This document shows, piece by piece, positions 49,803 to 62,656 of a DNA stretch of 64,000 bases. The translations under genes were made by a program, and so were the position numbers. How positions within the stretch are numbered: the first letter of the stretch is position 1; every line of letters starts with the position of its first letter. The stretch comes from Xylographa opegraphella (Eukaryota): contig JALDZX010000043.1 in assembly GCA_022813865.1 (NCBI GenBank), positions 1 to 64,000 of the forward strand, in the 5' to 3' direction. The notes below the pieces were generated by a model, which saw nothing but the letters and a program-made list of their open reading frames with translations, searched no databases and was not told the DNA's origin.

Positions 49803-52800
49803 CGCGAGTTCCGAGTATCTGTGTGCTTTCCAACCTCCACTTGACCCAAATCCTCCCACTAGATCAAACCGAAGTTCTCCAGGATAGCAATTTCTCTCTC
49901 AACTCACAACCTATAGCACTGCTGTCGTGAGGCTTTCGGCGTTGTCACTGAGAGACGGCCTCTGATCGTAACCTAGGGTGACGCGATGTTTGCGCAAATT
50001 GCATGTAATCTTTGACTAATTTGCAGATACCTGAGGAACCAGGCTATATCGTAGGATGGGCCGTGCGCCCGGAAATGTCTTGTCCAAACGCTAAAAGTTG
50101 GGTAGACAAATGATTTAGTGTCTGGAAGACAACGTATGAATTGTTTACCGTGGCGCAATTGACAGTGAGAAACACAGTAGGTTATCGCAGGTCGAAGTTC
50201 CTGCTTCGTTGTGATCAGGATGCAATGGGTGTGAAGCTTAAGTCACTGTATGTACAACAATCTGTCCACGGAGTAGTTGGAACCGCTGGATCCAATGCAG
50301 AGTACTTTAGATCGTCGCTTGTCGATTAACGTCCCTGGTCTTGTCGAGGCAGGCTTGGTGTTTCGCAGAGGAGGACGCTGGTCATGCCTACGAAGTAACG
50401 TCAGAAGCAGATACGAGACAAAACGAGGCGGAGTGGCCCATGCGGTGTAGGAGAATATGACCGGGCCCGTGGTGTCCCAGAAGATGATATCTGCCGGCCG
50501 GTGCAGCGCTGAACAAATGAATCCACCTTACCTTGGCTCGGGGTGATGGATGGTAACAAAGCGTGCTGCACAATGCCGCCGCCTTCTCCAGGCTTTGTTC
50601 GTGTACTCTTGGCGCGCCGAATGAGGCTCTGGTTCAGAGGGAGCGGGAGTGTCGCAGCATGAGCAGGTGGACAGTGGTTGAGCAGGTGTCGTCGACAGTG
50701 TGGAGACGGAGCTATCACGGCCTGGGACTGGGATTATCGAGCTGCTTGACCGGCAAAACAAGTCCAGTAGTCCACACGCTACCTTCGACTTGGTCCCTTA
50801 GTGTGGCTCTCCAGAGGATGGAAGTTGCAGCGATTCGCCTACAGCCAGAGGTAAAAGCTGTCGGGCCCGGAGGGAGAGGAGCCGGTCTTACATAAGATTA
50901 ATGAAAGGAATAATGAAAAACTCAACGCATCAATAATGAATTTTCTTCCTATTCTTCTCATTCTCTGCCACTCTCTTTCATCCACTCTCTCGTTCCCATT
51001 CCTCCACCCACCCGTCCGGTCCATGGCGATAACATCGTCGATAGCTCGACTCACCCGCCTATCCACGACTCGGTCCGACTGGTCCTCTCTCCATTGACCA
51101 CGAAGCGAGAAAGTCTGTCGCCTGTTAGGGAGGCCGAGATGCAGCAGGCCATGCGGGCTTGCTGCTCATGCCTTACGGGAAATTGCTCAGATCTGAGCCT
51201 AAAACCTCCCGGATTTACGTCCGACTGCCTTGTTTCCGCCTGTCGTTTCCCGCCGCACTCCCAATGAATATCGCAATTCTCGTCACGGCCCCGAACATTA
51301 CGTCTGATGCCGCGGCCGCGTTATGGCGTTGCATCGACAATCCCCAAGAGATTCCGACTCTCGGCGCAGGCGTCCTCTGGAATCGTGCAAGCATCGCGCT
51401 ACAGGCCAGGCGGCTTCATGTATTGGATGCATCGCCATGCATAACTACCTATCGATATGCCTGTCGGGAAAGGCTTGGTAGCGAGCTGCATTGATAACGC
51501 AACAACGCTAGGCCGCTACTTTATCGGAATCCTGGGCTGGTGTCTATAAATATTGCATCAAGAAGACTGAATATCGATCATTTCACCAGATACCATAGAT
51601 GTGCGATCTTGCCCGTGGCTTATTCCCTGGAAGATTAAACTCGAACGGGAACGTGAAACCAAAATTGGCTTTGCGGCTATACCCTTGGGTCATCGCAGTC
51701 GAATACTTCGCGGCGCGGGAAGAAACTAATGTGGAAATGAAAAGCACGAACTACTATACCAGCTTTATTGTCCAGATGAGTCTGGTATGAAATTTTGCAG
51801 ACTGAGCGCCTGTCTATGAGTACTAAGGTATCCACCGATCAGTTTCGATTCAATGTCTGCAATTATTAACCATGTACGGAGTACCTCTACCGGTTATAGA
51901 CACTTTGATTCTGAAATGTTGTAATTAGTCTTTGATCAAGGCTCCTTGATATCTCCCTCGGATTTGAGTAATGCAAGCACTGCGAACGTCCGCGGAATTG
52001 TGTCTTCGTCTCTTGATGTGCAATCTTTCCACAATGCTTTGTTTCCACAATGGACTTTGGAGCAGGCCTATGCGGACCAGGTCCACTCGTCGGTCTTTCT
52101 GTGGCACCCGGTGCGATAGCCGCAGCTCTCGTTCTAGGTGTTTCTGCGTCGATCGTCATTCGTGCCTGGATCGAGCCGGTGGTTTTACATTGTTCACGTA
52201 CATTATTCACCTATACTTTCTCCTAGAATCCGCAACTACCCGGTCTTTTTACTACGCTAGTACTTTTACTGGAAATATCTACGCTTTCCGAAAACCATAT
52301 GTTGCTGTAACGTAGGAGACAGTATCCTGTTTCATAACATTTTGTAGCGCTATACTTTCTCTCCATTGCGTAGCGTGTCCGAGAGCTCAAGGTTTTATTT
52401 TCTCATCATCTACTATAGGCAATCGTGTTGGTTCGAGGCGTTCTTATAAGTATTCTATGTTTATTTGAGTACAGATTCACGAAAGATGGCTATGCGATAT
52501 GCGCTAATAGTATTCACTTAACTATTAGAAGCTGAGATCGCATCAAGGACCATAGGTACAGCGTCTAAGTCTACATGATAGACAGAAAAGTGATTCATAT
52601 ACTTCTAGGAATACTTCTCCTGACACGCTTTACCACAAAGGGACTCTTGTCAAATTCGAACGTACAAAAATTTCACCGACACAGATAAAGCATCAACAAT
52701 TCAATTGAAGTGGAGCCATGATAGATGAGATACCTAATAGAAGCACGTTCTACACAGAAGACACTCCAAGTCGACTCAAGTTTCCTAATATTATCAGATT

Positions 52801-52964
52801 ATAGACCACCATGCAAATACCATACTAATTACAAGCTCCAAACACAAAACAAAATATCGACAAAGGCCCACGCCGCCCACTCCCAATGCAAACCATGCGG
52901 AAATGCAGCAGTGCGCACAAACAGCCATCCACTAGTTCTCCCATTAAAGTTTATCGACTGTAGA

Positions 52965-55900
52965 CTAGATCTCGCACAACAACGCCTTTCGGATCTCCTC
53001 ACCCAAGCGCTGGACCTATCGAGCATGTTAGCACGCGTCATTCCATTATTTCCTACCCACACCAGACTATGCTCTACTTACATTCGGCGCCTTCATCATG
53101 GTGAAATGGTTACCCTCCACATGGGAGCACACTACATTCCCCTTCCCGACCATGGCATCCCAAAGATTCGGGCCAAAATCTGTTCGATTCTCTAACAGCC
53201 ATTGGGCATGCCCGTAGGGATACGGCTCCGGACGCGGGTCATTCGGTAGCTTGCAGACGCCGTCCTCGCACCAGATAGCAAAAGTCTTAGGAGCCTTGGC
53301 GGCGTCGATCTGGCGGGCGGAGTAGGTGGAAAGAGCGTTGATGGATGACTGGAAGTGAGGCAGCAACCAAGGTGGAATCTTCTTGGCGCCGGAGTCGGGA
53401 TCACCGAGCAGGCCGATCTCGTTGAACCACTTGTGTAGGGAAATAGGGAGGGGCTCGATAATGAGCGGGCAAGGAGCGTCGATCAGCACGAGCCGCTCGA
53501 CGCAGTCGCCCGCGCGGATGAGCTGCTGCGCAGACTCGAAGGCGATGACGCCGCCAGCGGACCATCCCTAGTGGAGCATTAGTTGTTTGATCATGTGTAC
53601 AAATGTAAGACATCGAGAGGGCAGAAGAGAACACTTACGCCGACAATGTACGGGCCCTGGGGCTGGCGTCGCTTGATCTCTTTGATGAAGTGCTCCGCCA
53701 TGCCCGGCACGCCACAAACATACTCCTCCGGCGTCTTCATGTACGGGGAGTTGAGACCAAAGACACAAACGTCCGGTGATATATTCGGGATCCCCACGTA
53801 GGAGGTCGCCGATCCGCCTCCATCCGGCACAAGGAAGAAGTTCTTCGTCGCCGTCTTTGGGTTCCCTTGCAGAATGACGGAGGATGCGAATCGCGGCTTG
53901 GGAGGGAGCATAAGAGCCGGGATTTCCTTGATACCCACATTCATGGCCACCTTCTCGGAAATGTTGTCCACCTCGATCGGCATTCCGTGAGACGCTGCTG
54001 TCTCCAACGCTCGGACAACTTCTGCGTGTGCGTAAGTATCTTTGTGTCCTAGCGGAGAGTCTGGGGTCTCGGGAGATGAGCCAGGAGTTTTCGAGGAAGA
54101 TCCTCTGCTACCGACCTGGTCGGAATCGAATTCGGACGACCTCGGAGAACTATTTTCCGATATGTCGCTGTCGTCTGACAGGGGCTCCAGTGTGGAAAGA
54201 TATCCCTTAAGCGATCCGATGGTGGGATAGTCTGTAAAGAGAGTAGAGTGCACATCTAGCTCCAGGTCTTCGCGCATTCTGCCGCTGATGGCAAGCTGCA
54301 TCAAAGAATCACACCCCATATCTGCCAGACTGTTGCCGTCCGCTAGTTCGCTCATGTCGACTCCACACTCATCGGCGATGATCTCCATAACGGAGATCGT
54401 GACCGATTTCGAAAGAGAGACCTTCTGCTCAACTTTCAGAGTGACTGTGGACGTGGGAGTTTTCTCCGTGGTGACCGCCATGGTAGACATCTCGACCTGC
54501 TGTTTAGCCGGAGATGGGCGTTGAGGAATACCTCCTGCTGGCGGAAGAAGCGTATCCAGAACTCGGCGAGGAATGCATTGGAACAAGACTCCACCGAACA
54601 ATCCGACTATCTTGTTTCCATCGAGGAGGTACACGTCCCCAGCGACCATCTTACCCTCGGCCGGAAGCATCCGCACGTATGTTCGATACTCCTTTCCGGG
54701 CACCATGGCCTCCGCGAAACGCATCGATTGCCAACCGTGCGACACATACACCTGCGTCTTTGCGTCAAGGGTGTCATTGGCATTCATGATGAAACCCGAT
54801 AGGTGACCAACGCTGTCAATCCAGTATGGTGCGCAGGCGAAGTTCTGTCCTTCCTTGACCGGCTGAGGAACAATCTGAGCGGAAGCCTCCAGATTCTTGG
54901 CGTCCATTACGATTCTCTGCATTCCTCGGAATGTCTCCTCGTAATCCACGAACGAAGCAAAAAGCTTGTAAGCCATTCCTTGGAGAAGGACATGTGCTTT
55001 ACTTTCTTGGGCCTGCTGTTGCAATGCCTCCACGCGACCTTCGACCAGATGTGCAGCTCGCGACCATTCGGAAAGCCAAGCAGCCTTATCACCATACTCG
55101 ACTACACATTTGCAGTGTTCTGTGGTTCCGGTGGTGAAATAAATATCGATGCGATTCCGGCTCTTGTCAGCACTTGCCGTGATCTTCAAGATTTGAGGAG
55201 CGCCAGGTTTCGCAATCAATGACCTCGGGACCTCGACATCTCGGACATTGATGCCAGGTACAGGCGCATCAGCTGGTAGATCGCCCATCTTCCGGTACAT
55301 GTGCTCGGCAATAGTAAAACCGATATCACCATAAATAGATGACGGACACAGTGCAGCACCATTGACCAAGTGCCCCGAAACAACGGCATAAAGGTCAGGA
55401 CGGTTGATGTCCGACTCGGCCACAAGCGTTCCTTTGCCGTTAGCATACTCCTCATGGACGATCTTCTGCACTGTAGTCGTGGAGAGGCTTGGAATGGGTG
55501 CGGCAATTGTCTTCAAGGCTGGAGCATCACCTTTGGTGAGGCACCAGTTATTCACATACTGAAGCCAGTAGTTCTTGAGAGCAAAGCTGTATGCTGGAAG
55601 TTCAAGAAGCTCATGAGCGTCAGTGAAGTCCCTGTGGTATTCGTTCCAATCAACGTTTACGCCCTTGTTATGCAGCAGACTTGCGGTTGATGCAAGGGAA
55701 GTCCAGACAGGCTCGTTTCGGCGGAATGAAGGGCCTGCGGATATTGATGTACCGAGAGTCGCTTTCACAAAGCCGAGACAGACTGGATGGGGGCCAATTT
55801 CGACAACGACTGTCTTCTCGCCGACGAGATTTGCTTCTCGTCCAGCTGAAAGTGCTCCTACGAAGTTCACCGCTTCGCGTGCGTGTCTGCACAGATATTT

Positions 55901-58900
55901 AGCATTGATTTCACCTCCTGTCAATGTCCTGCTGAGCAGAGGAGACAGTAATGGGGTAGATGGAATGTTAAATGTGATTGTCGAAGCGATGCGTTCGAAA
56001 TCCCCCATGATTGCTTCGACTTGGGAGGAATGAAAAGCATATGGCACATTCAGCTTTGTTGCTTTCAGACCCCGCTCGTCTAGAGCAGCTTTGGCTATCT
56101 CGATATCGGATGTTTGACCGCTGAGAACGGTTTCGGCTGCACTGTTGACGCAAGCGATTTCGATCTTTCCATCTTTGAGAATGTCCGCTAGAGCAGAAAC
56201 ACCTGCCTTAACAGCCAACATAGCGTGAGAACCGGCAGTGCAATGAGTCTCGAGGAGTCGTGCTCGCTCTCCAACCAGGTAAATGGTGTCACTGATCGAT
56301 AGGACACCGGCAGCATTAAGAGCGGCATACTCGCCTAAGCTGTGCCCTATGACCACATCTGGCTTGACTCCCCATGCAGCCCAGAGGCGACTCAGGGCCA
56401 TCTGAATACATGTCAACCCCACTTGAACCAATGTCGGCGTTAGCGATGAGACGTCGTCTACTTCTCCGATGATGAGTGGTAAGAAACTGGGGAAACCCAG
56501 AGATTTCGCGATTGAATCGAATTCGATTATATCTGTTTTGAACTGCTTGGAAGTTTCGAAGAGTTTGGCACCGAGAGCTGCATAATGAGAGCCTTGACCT
56601 GTAAAGGTGAAGGCTACCGTCGGAGCTAATGATGTTGGTTCAATGTCTGCTTCAGCAGCCTTTGCAAGAGCGACCTTCAATTGAGGAATATCTGCTACCA
56701 CAACAGAAATTCGATAATTATGATGTATTCGCCGAGCAGTAGTTGTATAGGATAAACTAGGTAACGACACATCTGGAGACTCCTGAAGATACCCAACGAG
56801 ATTTTGGAGGTTGCCTTTGAGAGAGGACAACGCACGAGCAGAAGTCGACACCACATGGACTGGGCGAGCATCTCCGCCGATAATTCTCTTGAGCGGAGCA
56901 TCCTCGATGAGGGTTGCGGTATTCCCTCCAGCTGCACTAAAGTTGTTCACAAATATGCGGCGAGGAGTAGATCTCGCCTCCAAAGCTGTTGGCTTGAACA
57001 CGATATGAACGTTTCGTTCCGCAAAATCTTTTGGAAATCCTTTGTTCATCTCCTTCTTGATACCGACATGGGGTGGAATGGTATTATGCCGAAGCATCAG
57101 CAAAGATTTTATAAGGGCTGAGACTCCTGAAACAGCTTCTCCATGACCAATATTTGCCTTCACCGAGCCAAGATAAAGCTTCTGATCTGCCCGTCGCTTG
57201 CGATGAGCCGGAGCAAAAACGTTGGTAACGGACTTCATCTCTGTTCCATCTCCGGCCTGTGTGCCAGTACCGTGCATCTCTACGACGCTGACATCCAATG
57301 GGTCAACACCGGCCTGGTCAAGGACTTTCTTATACAGAATCTCCTGTGTCTTCCCGTGAGGATGAGTGATGGATATCGCATCGGCAGAGTGGTTTGTGGC
57401 TGACGAAAGAATAACTCCGAGGATATTGTCATGATCGGCCTCAGCGTCTTCCATTCTTTTAAGAATCACTGTGCCGATGCCGTCTCCGCGACAGTAGCCA
57501 TCTGCATCGTTGTCGAAGGTCTGACATGGGCCGACTTTGCCGAGGAACTGCCCCTTACTGAGGCCAGAAAAGATATCAGGGTTGGTCATTACGTTGGTGC
57601 CTCCGGCCACAGCAGTATCACAGTCGCCCGCCCATAAAGAGGTGCATGCCAATTGGATTGCTGCCATACTGGACGAACATGCAGTGTCGACACTGAAGCT
57701 AGGACCACTGAACTTGAAGTGATAGTTGATCCGACCCTTAGGAAATTAGCTCATGTATCCTGTCATACAAGCTCAAGCAGTGATGATTACCGGACCGAAA
57801 GCTCTCACGCCTCCAGTGATGAAATACGTATCAATATCCTGCGCCTCGTTGATTTCACGCCAGTCGTCACTCGTTTGGCCATAAAATGTTCCAATTCGGT
57901 CCAGATGAGTCGATGGAGTCCGGTTGGGGACGTAGCCTGACATCTCGAGAGCTTCGAAGGCCGTGAGCAAGGCGAGCCGCTGCATCGGATCGGTCTGCGC
58001 CGCTTCTCTGGGCGACATATTGAAGAATCGAGGATCGAATAGTCCGGCGTTGTCGATAAAACATCCGAAGGGAGTATGGCTAGTATTCTTACCTTTTCCT
58101 GTAGGATCAAAGTGAGCTTGAGCATCAAATCGATCGGGTGGGACCTGAACGAGACACTGGTTAACTCGAGGCTTTTTTCCAACAAATTGGCAGCACCAAC
58201 CTCTTTGTGCATGTCAAGGCCCTTCATCAGGACTTCCCAAAGTCCTTCAACGTCTGCTCCACCCGGGAATCTACCGGACATACCAACAATAGCGATCTTA
58301 CTGCTCCGAAGACTGCCTGCGCCAAGATGGCCAGATGGCGACTGTCCTAATTGACGATCGAGAAGCGAGATTGTTGACTTCGTTCTAGTCTGAAGAGCAG
58401 AGACTACCGTGCTTGCAGCGTTGGTGGGTCCAATTGGGACCACTCTGCCTTCCCCCTCGACAGTGGACATCCTCGACACGCATTCTTGAAGGATCAATTC
58501 GAAATCGATAGGCTTGACAAGGATGTCAGCTACCACCTCCTCAAGTAATCCTATCATGGTGGTCGCAGCGTATTTGATTCCATTCGATGCTGATAGGATG
58601 GCGACCCGCGGCTTAGCCGAGGCAAGGCATGCCCCAGTGCATTCATCGACTGTGGAAAGTATGTCGGCGATAGTAGCGTCGTCGTGCAGGTGAGAAGCAT
58701 GATATGGTCCCACAATATGGGTTTTGAGAAAACGCGAGTTCTTGAAACAGTCCGACGTATCAAACAATTTGCGCAGCGTCTCGGGAGGACCACTGACTGT
58801 AACGCCGGAGGGACTGACCGCGCTGATGTAAGCATGCTTCAGTGTAGGAATCGACTATAGCACTGGTCAGTCAATTCATCACAATAGGGGAAAATAGAGC

Positions 58901-59527
58901 AGGGTCTGACAGTCTCAGAGTGGAAGTTTTCCAAAGCATTTCTGGCAACTACGTTTGTTATACCAGACACGATGAGAGACCAGCTCTCCGCGCCGTCTCC
59001 CCTCGTCCGCAGTCTATCAGCAACAGAGTCCACATGAACACCAATACGGAAGGCGATGCGGACGGTCGCCACAGCAAGTGGAATGAATGATGCGGGAGAA
59101 GAAAAGGTAGATGCCGCGCAGGCAGCTAGAAGGCCCGTACACAGTCCGATCATACACTTTTCTCCAGACAGCAGATTGGGGCATTCCTCGGCCAAGCTTG
59201 AAAAATATGTTCAGTTGCGGTCAAATCAACCAATGGAGCTGCTTACCCGATGAAATGCGCCAGTTGAGCAATACACAGCAAGGCATTCTCTATGGGCGCG
59301 GCCCTCCGTTGAGCTCTGTGGTATATCTCTAGGAACTCCAAAAGATTGTTCATAGGGGGGATATGCTGCCGTTGGAGTCGAGGCAGTTTGGAAATGTCAG
59401 CACGGAGAGCTGTGGTAACATGGTTCAGGAAGGATGTGACCAGGGTCGTATGCTCCCGCTGGAAAAATATCCGATGTAGAAAAGGGTATACATCGACGGC
59501 TTGATCGCCAAACAAGAGAACGTCCAT
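52965..59527 (-). CDS. Non-reducing iterative type I PKS, SAT-KS-AT-PT-ACP-TE
   Basis: SAT LFGDQ/GLCTG; KS DTACSSS, EMHGTGT, NIGHGE; AT GHSLGEY; PT GHLVNG...[14 protein letters not shown]; one ACP GCDSL; TE GWSAGG (after an intron) and GNHFTMM; last exon [16 protein letters not shown]. Confidence 0.96.
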
Positions 59528-61315
59528 TTTTCGAACGGGATGGACAACTCGCTGTCGACGATTCCAGCCTGGTGACAATGGTGCAAAGTGGTATCAGCGA
59601 AAGACGTCTCGGTATATCCTATATACCACGTCTACCCGTCCTCGGGCGAGAGGGAGCATCTCTAGAACTCGTGAAGTCAGTACATTTGATAGCGTGCTCT
59701 CTATCGAGAGGCAGAGACTCGGAGCGGCAATACAGTCAGCCACTGGTGCAATCCTCTATCGAGCTGAATGGAAGCTGCAGGTCTCGGGGAACCGATATCT
59801 CGGTAACCACGAAGGTCCTTATTCGGGGACCTAGATCTCACTTGCTGCCTTTCAATCTCAAGACTTTTCCCGACGACCGCAACACGCGTGAGACGCATGG
59901 AACACACCCGGAACGTGGACGCGGTATCGTCAGTACGTTCTGACGTTCTGCAGGGTCCCACATCCCGACTGGATATATCTTCCCGTAAACGGACGACGAG
60001 CACACAGTTGTTCCGAAGAGTCCTCGCAATGAAACATCAAGACTACAAGTATTGTCCGCTGATGTCATCAAATTCATCCTCGGTGACTTCTTGCAGTCGT
60101 TTCCCTCGGTGCGAGCCATGTACGGGCATTGGGCAAGAGAAGCACAGACGGACGATGAAAGCCTCGCTCACAGCTCATCATCATGCACGTCCCTCCGTAC
60201 ACTCAGACGGATCCCATCAGAGGACCCCGATCGAGGTGGATCTCTATCTTGGACGCTAAAACACATATTCCTGCTCCGTGAACACCGACAAAGTCGATAT
60301 GCGAGGGTAGCTGTCAAGGCCGCAATGGCCACCATGATGCCGTCGCCGCCGCACAGGAACATTCCAGAGCAATGCGGGCCTGCTGGAGGACTCGTACGCA
60401 TCACTACCACGACCACGTACCGGCACTGTGTTACCAGACCAGCTCTCTGCTACAGAGAAGAGGTAAGGAAGCTGTGGCTCAGTGCCCAACATCACCGGAG
60501 ATAGTCCCGATGCGCAGCCCGGCGCAGAGCCCCATCTCGATTGCCACACCATAAGACCATTACCGTTCGGCACACGGCCATGTCTTGGTCGGTAGAAGAC
60601 CGGGTCCGATGATCGTAGATATCGTGCCAAAGCCGGGGCTCAGACGCGAAGCGGCATCTTTCTGCGCCGTTGGATGACGCTGTCAGGGGTGAAGGAAACC
60701 CGCCGGCTAAGGAGGGCCCGGTGATTAGGTCATTAGACCCACCTGTTGTCGCAGATGGTGGCGGGCGCGTTAGCTGGGTCTGCGCTCTAGGTTTAGTGGG
60801 CCCCATCGCCTAAGCATAGCTCGGTCCGCTGGGAGGCTACTTCGGGGATGTCAACTAAAATCAGCCTACTTTGTGGTGTATCGTACTCCGCAGGCGTGGG
60901 GACAGTGGCGTTGAGGAACGAGCTCTTTTTTATTTTTCTTGGTGTCTACTATTGAGGAAAGTACTACAAGCGGATATTCATAGTAGCAGTTTCCAAGGGA
61001 CGGGACGACAAGTATAGGATTTTGGCACTCTGCGAGAATTCTGCTCGTGAGATATCGTCTAATGGCCATCGCGCGCGAGCGCTGTTCGACGGGGCTGTTT
61101 CTCCCGTAATACATACGTAATCTTCTACGTGCCCCCAACGCCCGCCTGGTGGCTAGCCGTGTATCTATCGCTTGCAATGCCTGCCCACCCATCGACTGTA
61201 TTCCCCCCCCCTAACCTATACCCCTTCTCTCACAACTAAACAAAGACGCCTTTATGAACCCCACAAGACCCAGCAGCACATACACAGACACAGCGAGAGC
61301 CCGGCTTGGGCGCAA

Positions 61316-62656
61316 CTAAGCGGCCGAGGGGCCCTCGCGGTCCTGATCCAGCGCGACGGTGGCCAGCTTCAGCCGCGCGCCCAGGCTGACGGTGAGGGAG
61401 GTGCAGGTGAGGCGCTCGTAGTCGGGCTGGAGGCGCTGACCGGCGAGCTTCAGCTGCGCAAGGACGGCCTCCATCTTCTTGATGCCGATCAGGGCGACTT
61501 CGCGCTTCAGGCGGCGCTCGTCTTCGAGTTCCATCTGGCGCGGGTGGGGGGCGGTGGTGCTGGTGGTGCTGGTGCTGGTTGTGGTTGTGTTGCTAGGGCT
61601 GGTGCTGCTGCTAGTGCTGTTGTTGTTGGTGGTGCTGCTGCTGCCTTGGGGATCGCGGTCCGGGGCGAGCAGGAGGAGGTCCTTGGCGTCCGGCACGGTG
61701 ACCCAGGCTTCGGTGAGGGAGAGGACTTTGCGCAGCAGGGCGGCGAGGACGATGAAGGCGTCGATGCTGCTGTCCTCGGCCTTGCAGGAGGGGCAGCGCA
61801 GCATGGTGGCGCAGCACGAGGTGGCGTCCTCGTTCATGTCGAGCACGATGGCGTAGTTGAGCGTGGGCAGGTCGGACGAGGGCCCGGACTGCGCTTGTGG
61901 GAAGCTTTGGTGCAGGTTCTGTAGCATCTGGAGCATGATCACCAGGCAGGAGCAGGGCATCGGCTGCTGCTGCTGCTGCGCCGGGAGTGGTGGCTGCGGT
62001 TGCTGGTGCTTGTCGGTTGACGACGACGGGGCCATGCTGGAGGGGAAGGCGGGCGGGAGGTGGTGGTGGTGGTGGCGGTGGTGGTGTTCGGCGGAGGAGG
62101 AGGACAGGCTGGGCGGCGGCCAGATGGAGGAGAGGCTGGAGGAGGAGGAGTGCGTGGTCGGGGTCGAGGGGCTGCTGAACTGGCGGAAGGGGGTCAGCGG
62201 GCTTATGGTTATAGGGTCGTAGGCGGCCCAGATGTCATGATCGTGCTGCGACTGCTGCCAGCAGCTGCTGCTGGCGCCGTCAGCCGCGGTCGTTTCACCA
62301 GTGGGGAAGTGTGTCATGGCCGAGGCAGCAGACGCGTCGGGGAGAAAGGCGTCGAAGATGGAGTGGGACGACGCGGCTGCTGGAGGTAGGTGCTGCTGGT
62401 GGCGGTGGTGATGCTGGTGATGCTGGTGGTCCTGGTGTTGCTGTTGCTGCTGCTGCTGCTCGGCGCCGTTGAGCGTGACCCGGACGCCCATCTTCTCGCC
62501 GTTCTTCCAACGTCCGCCGCGGTTGGAGATCCCGTAGTCGCACGCCGCTCCGGAGGCCAGGCAGCGACTGCAGATCGGGGACTTCCGGTTACACCGGACC
62601 TTGGCCTTGCGGCAGGGGTCGCATGTTTGACGGAGCTTTTGCTTTTCGACGGGCAT
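61316..62656 (-). CDS. AflR-type Zn(II)2Cys6 pathway transcription factor
   Basis: LRQTCDPCRKAKVRCNRKSPICSRCLASGAACDYGISNRGGR; C-terminal CSCL...CCATMLRCPSC region; poly-Q/H/S/T linkers; single exon. Confidence 0.88.
   Translation of the reverse strand: MPVEKQKLRQTCDPCRKAKVRCNRKSPICSRCLASGAACDYGISNRGGRWKNGEKMGVRVTLNGAEQQQQQQQHQDHQHHQHHHRHQQHLPPAAASSHSIFDAFLPDASAASAMTHFPTGETTAADGASSSCWQQSQHDHDIWAAYDPITISPLTPFRQFSSPSTPTTHSSSSSLSSIWPPPSLSSSSAEHHHRHHHHHLPPAFPSSMAPSSSTDKHQQPQPPLPAQQQQQPMPCSCLVIMLQMLQNLHQSFPQAQSGPSSDLPTLNYAIVLDMNEDATSCCATMLRCPSCKAEDSSIDAFIVLAALLRKVLSLTEAWVTVPDAKDLLLLAPDRDPQGSSSTTNNNSTSSSTSPSNTTTTSTSTTSTTAPHPRQMELEDERRLKREVALIGIKKMEAVLAQLKLAGQRLQPDYERLTCTSLTVSLGARLKLATVALDQDREGPSAA

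Noticed and set aside
59572..61192. Tailoring gene between the PKS and the TF
   Set aside because: No enzyme motifs or coherent exon chain; ACAGAGAAG at ~60452 lacks the rest of U6.
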